Of a DNA stretch of 60,251 nucleotides, positions 26,652 through 35,655 are shown in pieces. The position numbers and the translations under genes were made by a program. The DNA comes from a virus (Duplodnaviria > Caudoviricetes). The stretch lies in the IMG/VR virus record IMGVR_UViG_3300033153_001386, positions 1-60,251 of that record; one strand, 5' to 3'. The notes below the pieces were generated by a model. The model saw nothing but the letters and a program-made list of their open reading frames with translations, was not told the DNA's origin and did no database searches. Position 1 is the stretch's first letter; each line of letters starts with the position of its first letter.

Positions 26652-27257
26652 TTACGCGTTCACCTTTGCAAGCTCAGGGAACAAGCTTTCGAGGGTGATG
26701 TCGGACGCTTTGCAGTGCGCTTCGATAGCCTCCCGAAGGTTCGCTTTTGCTGTGGCCGTCATGACCAAAGGGGCGGACAAGGTGCAACGTGTCGCCGCAT
26801 CTTTGCCTTTCGTGTGGGTGTCGTGGGTGCGCGTCTTGGTGGGCGCATCCTCGACCTTAGCGGGGGCCGCTTTCGTAGCAGGGGCCAACTTTTGGCCCGC
26901 CAACGACTTCGCGAAATTTTCAACGCCTGTTTTCACGTTGTCCTTTTTCGCTTTGCGGTTGAACGTTTCGAGACCTTTAAAAGTCGCTTTGCCCTCGACC
27001 AACCTTTTTCCCTGTGAACAATACACCGGGATGGTGGACGCGCTCAAACCTGTAGACTTCGCAAGCTTGGGGGCCATGGCCTTAATTTTCAGCTTCTTTG
27101 ATTCGCAGTAGATAGCGAACACGCCGAGTTGAAAACGTAGGTTGAACATAGCCGCCTCAGTTTTGCCGTGTGCCTCCTTAATGGATGCAACGGTTACAGG
27201 GGCTGTTTTGCCGTTAATGGTGGCACTTCCGAATTGGGTTGAGTTATTAAAGCTCAT
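26652..27257 (-). CDS. Basic K/A/T-rich first early protein (possible DNA-binding or host-takeover factor)
   Basis: 201 aa, own promoter and terminator, CAATACAATACAATG start context. Confidence 0.65.
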   Translation of the reverse strand: MSFNNSTQFGSATINGKTAPVTVASIKEAHGKTEAAMFNLRFQLGVFAIYCESKKLKIKAMAPKLAKSTGLSASTIPVYCSQGKRLVEGKATFKGLETFNRKAKKDNVKTGVENFAKSLAGQKLAPATKAAPAKVEDAPTKTRTHDTHTKGKDAATRCTLSAPLVMTATAKANLREAIEAHCKASDITLESLFPELAKVNA

Positions 27258-27417
27258 TGTATTGTATTGTGTGGCCTTTTGGCCGTTGGTGGCCCCCGCT
27301 TGAACCGGAGGGGGGCCGGATTAATCCGGATTAATTATGAGCATCATTTCAAAGAACTTACACCCTTCACGCGGTCTCCATGTGTTAGGCTCCTATGCCC
27401 CCCGTTGGGGACGACTG

Positions 27418-27448
27418 CAATGATAGGAACAAACTTCTAATACGCAAA
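27418..27448 (-). promoter_or_regulatory. Probable first early promoter
   Basis: Minus strand TTTG-N19-TATCATTG (one mismatch to TAnnTTTG), bracketed by palindromes at 27320 and 27472. Confidence 0.55.
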
Positions 27449-27870
27449 GAAAACAGGGGTGTATTTGCTTGATTAATCCGGATTAATTCGGGGCGCGTCC
27501 GTAGCCCTACTGGGGCGCGGCTTTGCGGGGTGCGGTATTCGGGCGATACGTTAAACGAGACCGGGGGCGGGGGCTGTGTCACCCCCGGGGGGCGGGCGTG
27601 TGCCGGGGGCGGAGCAAAACGGCAAAAAATCCGGACGGGGACGGGAAAAGACGACCCCCCCTGCTCGAATGCATTTCGTTTCTCTTGGGGGTCCATGACC
27701 GTGGGGGGTGGGGTTACCCAAACAGTACAGACGTCTCCCAAATCGACACAGGTTCATGTCGTGCTACCAGTTTATGCGTCACGCCTTACCTTTGTTGAGG
27801 CCCGTCAAGGGGGCCATGGCAGTTTATTGGTTAAGGTGAAGGGGTGGTCAAACGTGGCTACCCCTTTTAC

Positions 27871-28038
<168 letters not shown>

Positions 28039-28040
28039 GG

Positions 28041-28048
28041 TATGTTTG
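28041..28048 (+). promoter_or_regulatory. -7 element TATGTTTG upstream of groEL
   Basis: Exact TAnnTTTG ending 7 nt before the ATG. Confidence 0.6.
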
Positions 28049-28055
28049 CAGGACT

Positions 28056-29591
28056 ATGAATGAAATACCTAAAGACCTTCACTTCGAGGGCACCAAGCTT
28101 ATCTCCGGAATCGAGAAGCTATCCAAAGCTGTCAAGAGTACTCTAGGTCCTAGCGGGCAGACTGTTCTCATCGAGAGTCCTCATCACACTCACGGCATTA
28201 CTGTAACCAAGGACGGTGTTACTGTGGCCAAGGCTGTCGACTTGATTGACCCTGTCGAGAACTTGGCGGTACGCATGATGAAGGAGGCTGCTGACAAGAC
28301 GGCTAGTGAGGCTGGCGACGGTACTACTACGAGCATTGTTTTGGCTGAGGCATTGGTCAAGGGCGGGGTTGGTTCTTTAGATGCCAACAAGACGGACGTG
28401 CTTCGGGACTTGGTGTCTTTAACTGAGGAGGTTGTTGAGGAGTTGACCAGTCGTAGCCGTCGTTTAACTAAGAAGCACTTGCGTAGTGTAGCTACCATCA
28501 GTGCTAACAACGACCGTTCGATTGGGAAAATCATTGCTGACGTTTACGATAAGGTGGGCAAGGACGGCGTTGTTACAGTTGAGAAGAGTATGACTAGCGA
28601 CACTGGGTTTAGCGTCACTCACGGCTTTAAGTTGGACCGGGGTTATTCTACTGAGTTGTTCATCAACGACCAGAGTCGTGACGAGTGTGTATTGGAGGGT
28701 TGTCACGTTATGGTATGCGACGGAGAGATTAGCAACGTATTGGCTATCGAGAAGGTCTTGGGTCCGATTATCCGTGACGGCAAGAAGCTATTGATTGTTG
28801 CTCCATGCAGCACTCATGTGGTGAACACATTGGCTGCGAACGTGATGAAGAAGGGTTTGAAGTTGTGCGTTGTTCCTCCCCCGAACTTTGGATATAAGCA
28901 GCACGAGCTTATGCAGGACTTAGCTGTGAGTGTTGGTGCCACGTACTTCAGTGAGAAGACTGGCGACGACTTGAGCTTGATGGAGTTTTCGGACTTGGGT
29001 TATGCGGACCGTGTTGTTGTTGGTCGCGGCGACACTGTTATTGTCAAGGGTGACAAGGAGGATGGTGTCGATGAGCGCATTGCCGAGTTGCAATCTGCTT
29101 TGGAGCTTGCCAAGCGAAAGGTTGACAAGGACTTCATCCGTCAGCGCATTGCCGGTTTGGTTGGAGGTATAGGAGTGATTGAGGTTGGGGGGCGTACTGA
29201 CTTGGAGCAGAAGGAGTTATACGACCGTGTCGACGACGCGGTATGTGCTGTTCGTGCTGCTATGCAGGACGGCATTGTTGCTGGCGGCGGGGTCACTCTA
29301 TACAACATAAGTCGCTGGTTATCAGACCGTGACGGTGTTGCTGCTAAAGTATTGCGTGAAGCTTTGCGTGCTCCCTTGAATCAAATCATGGAGAACTGCG
29401 GCGAGGGTTTCGATTACAGCATGTCACCTGACGGCGAGGGATACAACCTGAAGACTGGCGCGTACGGTGATATGATTGATATGGGCGTCATCGACCCTAC
29501 TCGGGTTACGAAGTCTGCGTTGCAGAACGCGGTCAGCGTTGCGGTCACCATCTTGAGCACTCAGGCCATCATCACACTTGCACGAGCATGA
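28056..29591 (+). CDS. groEL: Phage chaperonin GroEL (Cpn60)
   Basis: AVKSTLGP, TKDGVTVAK, AGDGTTT, DRGY, RVDDAVCA, GIVAGGG, GVIDP; lacks the GGM tail. Confidence 0.95.
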   Translation: MNEIPKDLHFEGTKLISGIEKLSKAVKSTLGPSGQTVLIESPHHTHGITVTKDGVTVAKAVDLIDPVENLAVRMMKEAADKTASEAGDGTTTSIVLAEALVKGGVGSLDANKTDVLRDLVSLTEEVVEELTSRSRRLTKKHLRSVATISANNDRSIGKIIADVYDKVGKDGVVTVEKSMTSDTGFSVTHGFKLDRGYSTELFINDQSRDECVLEGCHVMVCDGEISNVLAIEKVLGPIIRDGKKLLIVAPCSTHVVNTLAANVMKKGLKLCVVPPPNFGYKQHELMQDLAVSVGATYFSEKTGDDLSLMEFSDLGYADRVVVGRGDTVIVKGDKEDGVDERIAELQSALELAKRKVDKDFIRQRIAGLVGGIGVIEVGGRTDLEQKELYDRVDDAVCAVRAAMQDGIVAGGGVTLYNISRWLSDRDGVAAKVLREALRAPLNQIMENCGEGFDYSMSPDGEGYNLKTGAYGDMIDMGVIDPTRVTKSALQNAVSVAVTILSTQAIITLARA

Positions 29592-29845
29592 GGGAGGAGA
29601 TTACTGATTGGCTTGAGGCTGTTGAGGCCGGGGCTATGTTCGCCGACGGATTTGACGATGCCATCATGGGCATCACTGAGGTTCCGGACGGGTATCGGGT
29701 ATGCTATGATATTGGCCGCATCTTAGAGCTCCTTATCACCGACCACGGCATGGACGAGGTTGGGGCGATAGAGTATTTCGATTTTAATATTGCGGGCGCC
29801 TATGTGGGTCCGCTTACACCAATTTTTGTGCAATGCGTCCTATAG
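29588..29845 (+). CDS. Conserved acidic phage protein
   Basis: ADGFDDAI.G...YD...AIEYFDFNIAGAYVG..TP motif; ATGA-coupled. Confidence 0.7.
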   Translation: MREEITDWLEAVEAGAMFADGFDDAIMGITEVPDGYRVCYDIGRILELLITDHGMDEVGAIEYFDFNIAGAYVGPLTPIFVQCVL

Positions 29846-30093
29846 GAAAATATATTGTTTTAGACCAAGTCAAGGAGGAGACCACTACTGACAGCGGTTT
29901 GCTTTTGAGCGGTGAAGACACCGACAAGTTGCGCTACGGTCGTGGCGTTGTTGTGGCATCGGGTACCGACGTTGAGGTCATCTCCTCTGGCGAGGAGCTA
30001 TACTACGACAAGCGGGCGAGCTACACCATGTTGATTGACGGCATCGCTCGCACCATCATTTCTGAGCGCGATGTTGTCGTTGTACTTCATTGA
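29833..30093 (+). CDS. groES: Co-chaperonin GroES (Cpn10)
   Basis: MRPIG..IV...EETTTDSGLLL (mobile loop)...GVVVASG...ISERDVV. Confidence 0.85.
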   Translation: MRPIGKYIVLDQVKEETTTDSGLLLSGEDTDKLRYGRGVVVASGTDVEVISSGEELYYDKRASYTMLIDGIARTIISERDVVVVLH

Positions 30094-30478
30094 TTTCCAT
30101 CATCACGTTCCGGTACATCTTATCGGTAAATGACACGTCGCGTTTGAATACGGGATTGTTCTGGTCGTCTGTCGGGAACTCCTTGCCTTCTATCAGTGCG
30201 TATGCGTACCCTACTACTCTCTTGGCTTTGTAGGTCAGGTTGTATACGCCTAGGCGCGACTTTGATTGTACGGACACTTTCTCTACCCACCCGTTTTTCA
30301 CTAGGCGGTTGAAGCGGTCTTTGTCCCACGAGAAGACTTTATCGAACTCTTTGAACTTAGCCCGAGTGAAGTAGGGCTCATCATATAGGAAGATGAGCAT
30401 TTCTAGGTCGGGTTGGGTGATGCCGTATTTGGCGTTGATGAAGTAGCGCACTACGCGCCAGTACTTTAAATAGTTCAT
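30056..30478 (-). CDS. Putative winged-helix DNA-binding protein
   Basis: Likely start MNYLKYWR at 30478; DLEMLIFL...RL.KNGW..K...YNLT.K resembles a MarR-type wHTH. Confidence 0.6.
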   Translation of the reverse strand: MNYLKYWRVVRYFINAKYGITQPDLEMLIFLYDEPYFTRAKFKEFDKVFSWDKDRFNRLVKNGWVEKVSVQSKSRLGVYNLTYKAKRVVGYAYALIEGKEFPTDDQNNPVFKRDVSFTDKMYRNVMMEINEVQRQHRAQK

Positions 30479-30506
30479 TGTAATTTGCTGCCACAAGATA
30501 TTCGAT

Positions 30507-31064
30507 ATGGCAGTCAAAGCAGTCAAACGCACAGTCACGAAGTCCAAGAAGGACGGCGTCAAAAAGAAAACGGTCACCTATAAGTCCAAGGCGGGCACGG
30601 CGACTCGGACCAAAAACAAGAGCAAGTCCGGTAAAGACAAGACCACCACGGTGTCCAATAAGAAGGGCAAGATGGTTGGTACGGCCAGCAAGGCTAAGGC
30701 AAAGCCAAACGGAATAGTCCGGAAAGACACCAAGGCAACTGCTAAAAGCAAAACGGTTGCTCTGGGCAAAGGCCGGACTGCAAGCACCAAAGGAACAAAG
30801 GGTCGAGCCTTCGTTGGAAAAGCCAAAGAGCGCACCGTCACTAGCGGTGGTTCGGGAGACACTTACTCCCGCACGGACAAGATTAAGTTTGGTCAAGGCG
30901 GCCTTCAAGGCAAGCGTAAGGACACTACACGCGGCACGACCAAACAAGTTGTTAGCCGTGGCAGCATGAAGAGCGGTATGGCCAAGGCTACCGGCGGAAC
31001 TAAAGTTGCCGGAATGCGGACGGGGACCAAGAAGGGTCGCGGCCCGATTAAACGCCGCAAGTGA
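30507..31064 (+). CDS. Highly basic K/T/G-rich protein (histone-like; possible DNA condensation)
   Basis: 185 aa with very many K/R and few acidic residues. Confidence 0.65.
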   Translation: MAVKAVKRTVTKSKKDGVKKKTVTYKSKAGTATRTKNKSKSGKDKTTTVSNKKGKMVGTASKAKAKPNGIVRKDTKATAKSKTVALGKGRTASTKGTKGRAFVGKAKERTVTSGGSGDTYSRTDKIKFGQGGLQGKRKDTTRGTTKQVVSRGSMKSGMAKATGGTKVAGMRTGTKKGRGPIKRRK

Positions 31065-31145
31065 CCCGCGAAGAGTTTTCATATCGGATGGTGTGCCTCG
31101 GCCTTGTCGGGGCCACCATCTGTATGATTATCCATAAGTTTACTA

Positions 31146-31292
31146 ATGGCTAAGAGCGGACGCACTAAGAAGAGCAACAAGATTTGCCCGGCGGGAATCG
31201 CTTGGGCGAAGAGAACGTTTGATGTTTACCCCAGCGCGTATGCCAACATGGCTGCGAGCAAGTACTGTAAAGACCCCAATTATGGCAAGTAA
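31146..31292 (+). CDS. Small basic protein (48 aa), missing from the ORF track
   Basis: MAKSGRTKKSNKICPAGIAWAKRTFDVYPSAYANMAASKYCKDPNYGK*. Confidence 0.7.
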   Translation: MAKSGRTKKSNKICPAGIAWAKRTFDVYPSAYANMAASKYCKDPNYGK

Positions 31293-31368
31293 AGGATATG
31301 GCAAGCCGTGTACGGTTAAGGTGAAGGCTAAGACTATGAAGCCCAAGCGTCCCAAGACTAAGAAGTAA
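31282..31368 (+). CDS. Very small basic peptide (28 aa)
   Basis: MASKGYGKPCTVKVKAKTMKPKRPKTKK*, TAATG-coupled to the next gene. Confidence 0.4.
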   Translation: MASKGYGKPCTVKVKAKTMKPKRPKTKK

Positions 31369-31601
31369 TGGGCGAGCTCAAGAAGTGGCGCGACGAGAAA
31401 TGGGTGCGCATCGGTTTAGATGGCAGCATCAAGGGCGAGTGCGGCACGAGCAAGAACAAGAAGAACCCGGACCGGTGTTTGCCTTTATCTAAGGCCAAGT
31501 CTTTGACTAAGGCTCAGCGTGCTGCTACGGCGCGGAAGAAGAAGCGTGGCAAAGGTCAGTTCGTTCCTAACACTCCTGCCGCAAGGGTTAGTCGTAAATA
31601 A
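31368..31601 (+). CDS. Small basic conserved phage protein
   Basis: LKKWRDEKWV...CG...RCLP..KA..L....RA.TARKK. Confidence 0.7.
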   Translation: MGELKKWRDEKWVRIGLDGSIKGECGTSKNKKNPDRCLPLSKAKSLTKAQRAATARKKKRGKGQFVPNTPAARVSRK

Positions 31602-31613
31602 TTATCTTTGAGA

Positions 31614-31730
31614 ATGAATTTTCAAGAAAGAACCCAGTATCATAGGGAGCTACGAAAGTGGCGCCGGGATAGAATTAAGGCTAAAAAGAAGGGTGAGTCT
31701 ATTCCTACCAAGCCTGTTCGGCCTGAATGA
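31614..31730 (+). CDS. Small basic peptide (38 aa)
   Basis: MNFQERTQYHRELRKWRR...; preceded by exact TATCTTTG. Confidence 0.4.
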   Translation: MNFQERTQYHRELRKWRRDRIKAKKKGESIPTKPVRPE

Positions 31731-31817
31731 AACCCCTCCTTCAGTTTTTGAGTCGCAAGGGGGTTAAGCGTATTGCTCGTTGGGTCATTCCGTATCTTGT
31801 AAAAAAAATCAAGCGTA

Positions 31818-32447
31818 ATGCCTATACCCGCAGGAACAAAATTTCACGGCGTCGCCCCAAGCGTTGACACTGTCGACAGGGGCGGTGCTACCGTGCAGCC
31901 TTTGCGCGATGTGTATACTATCGAAGAGATTAGTTCTGCGGGGACTTCTGATGTGTACACTCTGGGCTCGAGTACTGACGGCGACAACGTAGACTTGAAC
32001 TTGAATGCTGTCAGCGGTGTAGACTCTACGGTCCAGCTAACGGCTGGTTCTGGCATTGGCCTTTCTCAGTCTGGAGGCAACAACGTCACCATTGACAATA
32101 CGCTAAACAACGTTGGCGGCGTAGCCATTCTAGAGCCGGAGTTTATGACTGTCGGTCCCGGCGGGTCATCTACTATTACTACGAGCAAGAACCTTGTGGA
32201 CTTGAATTGGGTTGGTGGTTCTGGCACCCACGACCTTACGTTACCTTCTGCTGCTGCCATCCCGTATCGTGTTTTGCGTATCGTCAACAACGGTACCGTT
32301 ACGGCACAGGACAAGGTCGACGTCTACGCTCCGGGTTCTGAGACCATTGACGGTCAGGCATCGTATAGGATTAACAAGGTGTACAATGGTATTGCTGTCT
32401 GGTCTGACGGCAACAACTGGATTGTCATCCAAGCAAAGAGCACGTAA
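31818..32447 (+). CDS. Virion fibre/decoration-like protein
   Basis: G/S/T-rich, LTLPSA...GSETIDG...SDGNNW C-terminal module; N-terminus shared with the 35656 gene. Confidence 0.6.
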   Translation: MPIPAGTKFHGVAPSVDTVDRGGATVQPLRDVYTIEEISSAGTSDVYTLGSSTDGDNVDLNLNAVSGVDSTVQLTAGSGIGLSQSGGNNVTIDNTLNNVGGVAILEPEFMTVGPGGSSTITTSKNLVDLNWVGGSGTHDLTLPSAAAIPYRVLRIVNNGTVTAQDKVDVYAPGSETIDGQASYRINKVYNGIAVWSDGNNWIVIQAKST

Positions 32448-32731
32448 TGAAGAAAGACATGCCCTGTAACAAGCCTCGCCGGTCTACGAGCAAGGGCAAG
32501 AAGAAGATGGTTAAGGCGTGCGCCAATGGCAAGGAAAAGATTATTCACTTTGGTGCAAAGGGTTACGGTCACAACTACAGTCCTGCGGCGCGTAAGAGTT
32601 TCAAGGCACGGCACAAGTGTGATACGGCCAACGACAAGTTGACGGCACGGTATTGGTCGTGCAAGAAGTTGTGGGCAGGCAAGGGGGGAAGTAAGAAGGC
32701 AAGCCCTAGCGGACGAAAGGGAAAGTATTAA
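32447..32731 (+). CDS. Small basic conserved phage protein
   Basis: KKKMV.AC..G.EK.IHFGA.GY...ARKSFKARHKC....KLTARYWSCK.LW. Confidence 0.75.
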   Translation: MKKDMPCNKPRRSTSKGKKKMVKACANGKEKIIHFGAKGYGHNYSPAARKSFKARHKCDTANDKLTARYWSCKKLWAGKGGSKKASPSGRKGKY

Positions 32732-32741
32732 CTTAGTCGTC

Positions 32742-32888
32742 ATGAAAGGTTTAGGCGACAGCATCGAGAAGGTCACCAAAGCCACCGGCATTAAGAAGGT
32801 GGTTGATTCTGTGGCCAAGGCAACGGGTAAGGATTGCGGCTGCAACAAGCGTCGTGACACATTAAACCGAATGTTCCCATACGAATAA
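32742..32888 (+). CDS. Small conserved phage protein (48 aa), missing from the ORF track
   Basis: MKGLGDSIEKVTKATGIKKVV...DCGCNKRRDTLNRMFPYE*; TAATG-coupled. Confidence 0.75.
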   Translation: MKGLGDSIEKVTKATGIKKVVDSVAKATGKDCGCNKRRDTLNRMFPYE

Positions 32889-33355
32889 TGGCATATCAGA
32901 AACTACAAGTCGAACGGGCCCTTGCGGTCATCGCCAGCGACACCATCAACATCCCTAACGTTGCAGGCGCCAGCACTAGCGGAACTACTGACGGGGCGGC
33001 GGCCAACAAGCTTATTGACAGTGATGCTGATTTCACTAGCAACCTACTCAACTACATCGTGTACAACACTACTGACGGTAGTGTGGCTAAGGTTACGGCG
33101 GTTGACGATGATAATACCCTTACCCTCAGCGCCAACATTATGGCCTCGGCAGAGGATTACGTCATCTACGAGGACAACAATACGGGTTGCGTTCTGTACA
33201 ATGGTACAGGCGGTCCGGCTGACATTGAGGTAATGACTTCTGGTGGCGATGTAGTTACGTTTAGCGCGGTTGGTTCTGGGGCATTTATTCCTGTACAGGT
33301 CATTCGTTTGTTTGAGTCCGGCACGAGCGCAACCAACGTAATTGCTATGTGGTAA
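32888..33355 (+). CDS. Putative structural protein
   Basis: 155 aa, beta-rich, GAFIPVQV..L...GT.ATNVIA.W C-terminus. Confidence 0.6.
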   Translation: MAYQKLQVERALAVIASDTINIPNVAGASTSGTTDGAAANKLIDSDADFTSNLLNYIVYNTTDGSVAKVTAVDDDNTLTLSANIMASAEDYVIYEDNNTGCVLYNGTGGPADIEVMTSGGDVVTFSAVGSGAFIPVQVIRLFESGTSATNVIAMW

Positions 33356-33356
33356 T

Positions 33357-33506
33357 ATGCCCATTCAGATAGCGATAAACAATGTTGTTAAAGGAGAAGA
33401 CGGTTCTTCTGGTTCAATTCCTCGTCCCAGCAATTTTTTGCTACAAGAGAACGGAGGTAGAATCCTTCTTCAAAACGGAATTGATTTCCTCCTAACAGAA
33501 GCATAG
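33357..33506 (+). CDS. Small protein with LLQENG-type repeats (49 aa)
   Basis: ...FLLQENGGRILLQNGIDFLLTEA*; fills the gap between neighbours with 1-nt spacers. Confidence 0.6.
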   Translation: MPIQIAINNVVKGEDGSSGSIPRPSNFLLQENGGRILLQNGIDFLLTEA

Positions 33507-33507
33507 T

Positions 33508-34170
33508 ATGGCAAACCAAAAAATTACAGAGTTAACCGCTCTTAGTTCCCCGTCTGCTACGGACGTATTAGCCATTGTTGACCTTGGCACAAACACCACC
33601 AAAAAAATCGAGGTTCAAAATCTCGTTAGCGGTGTAAGTGTTGCAAGCCAAGCTAACAACCGGCTTATTACAGCAACGTCTGTAAACGATGCTCTTGAGG
33701 GCGAGGCTCAGCTAACTTTTGATGGGACGTCTTTGATTTGCGGTGGCAATATCGAAGCCGATTCAATTACAGAAACCACTACAGGAACAGGTTCTGATGG
33801 GGGTTTTGGGCAAGGTGCTACACTAATTGAGTTGAGTGGAAGCGTAGTAATTGCTGGGTATTTGTATGCTAACACATCCACTGGTTGGTCTGGCACATCA
33901 GCCACTAGTCTTGGTCAAGTCAGCACTGGTTTGATTGCGATGGCTACTACGAGTGCTTCTGGAGACGGAATGGTTACTCGAGGCATTGTCAGCCTTGCTG
34001 TTGACCCGGGAGGAAGCATTGGAGATGTTGTCTATTTAGACACCACCTCCGGTCGGGCAACCACAACACCTGTATCGGCTTCGGGTAATGTGTCGCGGGT
34101 AATCGGCTACAAGGTTGCTCCCAAAATTATTTATTTGAACCCTTCTCAAGATTGGATTGAAATTAGTTAA
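33508..34170 (+). CDS. Fibre/adaptor-like structural protein
   Basis: N-terminal KITELTAL...D.LAIVD...TKKI; C-terminal GDVVYL...RVIGY...YLNPSQDWIEI. Confidence 0.6.
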   Translation: MANQKITELTALSSPSATDVLAIVDLGTNTTKKIEVQNLVSGVSVASQANNRLITATSVNDALEGEAQLTFDGTSLICGGNIEADSITETTTGTGSDGGFGQGATLIELSGSVVIAGYLYANTSTGWSGTSATSLGQVSTGLIAMATTSASGDGMVTRGIVSLAVDPGGSIGDVVYLDTTSGRATTTPVSASGNVSRVIGYKVAPKIIYLNPSQDWIEIS

Positions 34171-34173
34171 GGC

Positions 34174-35376
34174 ATGGCAAGCATATCCGGACAGAACACA
34201 AGCAGCATTGACCAAGTAGACGGGTTCTTTACTACTCAGGGTGGTGGAGCAACGGCTGCCCCTGTGGTAACTAATGGAACCCAATTAGGACAGGTGGGCG
34301 TATCGTGGTTTAATGCCGCTGTTACTCCTGATTTTTTTAGGTCGCCAACTACAACACACAAGTTTGTCAAGTTGGCTTCTGTCCATGACTACGGACAGTA
34401 TATCGGAATCAAGGCTAATGGCGAGCTGTGGTATTACGCCAACGTAAATACCTACGGTCAGGGGATGTTTACGACTTTGAATGCGTGGACTCAATACGGA
34501 ACCGACACTGATTGGACAGACGTGACAGGCGGTCAGATTACTTGGGGCTTCATTAAAGGTGGCGACTTTTACTTCATGGGCTACGGAGGGTGGAGGATGA
34601 GAGGCGATGGAGGCTCCGCTAGTCCAAACTCGCCTGAACTTATTAGTAGCGCGGAGACATGGGAGGCGGTATCTATGTCTAATCAGACTACTTGTATTAG
34701 GAACACTTCAGGAGAGATGTTCTTTGCTGGATACAATTACGATTACGGCACAGGTCAAGGAACTACATCAGGTCAAACGGCTACGTTCACCCAAGAGCAG
34801 AACGGACTTACGGGCGTGACCCATCACACGGCGGGATACCGTAGGTGCATTATGGTAAAAGGGGGTTCAATCTATACCACAGGCAACAATCAAAACAAGA
34901 TGGCCGGGCCGTTAGTTTCGACTAACGCTGACATTAACGGGCCAATCATTACATACTCTGGAACTGACATCACTCAGGTGGCCGCCTTTGGAGATGACGC
35001 GACCTTGGCAATCACCACGGGCAGCCAAATCAGATTCGCGGGTGCGGGCGGGCAATCCCCAAGACCTGACAACAGTACTGCTAATCAACAAGGAACCACT
35101 GGCCAATCAAACGAAGCGTTCTCAATCCTATCAGGTGCAGGAACGGGGTGGACTTTTATCGGTGGAGGCAAGACGTCTTCAGGTACTAATTATGGATTTG
35201 GCATACAAAACGGTCAAGCGAAAATTGGTGGCACATACTCCAATGGGCTCGGCGTTGTTATGGGCGAGGCTCAAACGAATCAATGGAAAACAATAGGGAG
35301 CACATCAAACTTTGTTGCGCTTAACATATCAGGTGCCAGCACTGATGAGATGCACTGCGCATTTAGCACATCATGA
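34174..35376 (+). CDS. RCC1/BLIP-II-like beta-propeller, putative receptor-binding protein
   Basis: Repeats GIK.NGELW, QYGTDTDWTDV.GG, G..F.GYN..YG.GQG. Confidence 0.6.
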   Translation: MASISGQNTSSIDQVDGFFTTQGGGATAAPVVTNGTQLGQVGVSWFNAAVTPDFFRSPTTTHKFVKLASVHDYGQYIGIKANGELWYYANVNTYGQGMFTTLNAWTQYGTDTDWTDVTGGQITWGFIKGGDFYFMGYGGWRMRGDGGSASPNSPELISSAETWEAVSMSNQTTCIRNTSGEMFFAGYNYDYGTGQGTTSGQTATFTQEQNGLTGVTHHTAGYRRCIMVKGGSIYTTGNNQNKMAGPLVSTNADINGPIITYSGTDITQVAAFGDDATLAITTGSQIRFAGAGGQSPRPDNSTANQQGTTGQSNEAFSILSGAGTGWTFIGGGKTSSGTNYGFGIQNGQAKIGGTYSNGLGVVMGEAQTNQWKTIGSTSNFVALNISGASTDEMHCAFSTS

Positions 35377-35618
35377 GAGTAGAGGTATTTACAGACACAG
35401 ATTTCGAGCAGGGGTGGACAGACGCCGCCGTTCCTAACATGTCATTTAACTATGACCAACCATCTATAGAAGAGTGCGAATACAGTGATGGCGCTTATTG
35501 GGCTACTTACGAGCCCATGGTTCTTACTGAAAGCCACACCTTTACATACTTAACACCTACAGGCAGGGAAACTGTATCCGTACCACCGGGTACTTATGGA
35601 CTTAAGCCTAATGCCTGA
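35373..35618 (+). CDS. Hypothetical protein (possible fibre chaperone)
   Basis: 81 aa, ATGA-coupled to the propeller gene. Confidence 0.55.
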   Translation: MRVEVFTDTDFEQGWTDAAVPNMSFNYDQPSIEECEYSDGAYWATYEPMVLTESHTFTYLTPTGRETVSVPPGTYGLKPNA

Positions 35619-35655
35619 GATAGCTAAGTTTAGAAACGAATCAGAAGAATAAGAC

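Larger units (their letters stand above)
21849..27487. repeat. Seven copies of the perfect palindrome ATTAATCCGGATTAAT
   Basis: 21849-21864, 24243-24258, 26150-26165, 26347-26362, 26578-26593, 27320-27335, 27472-27487. Confidence 0.95.

Noticed and set aside
27287-27360. tRNA gene or attP site
   Set aside because: No D or anticodon arm, and no integrase; kept only as a low-score microhelix observation
21849-27487. Palindrome repeats as a CRISPR or mini-CRISPR array
   Set aside because: Spacing is irregular (about 150-2400 bp) with whole genes in between; repeat only 16 bp; no cas genes
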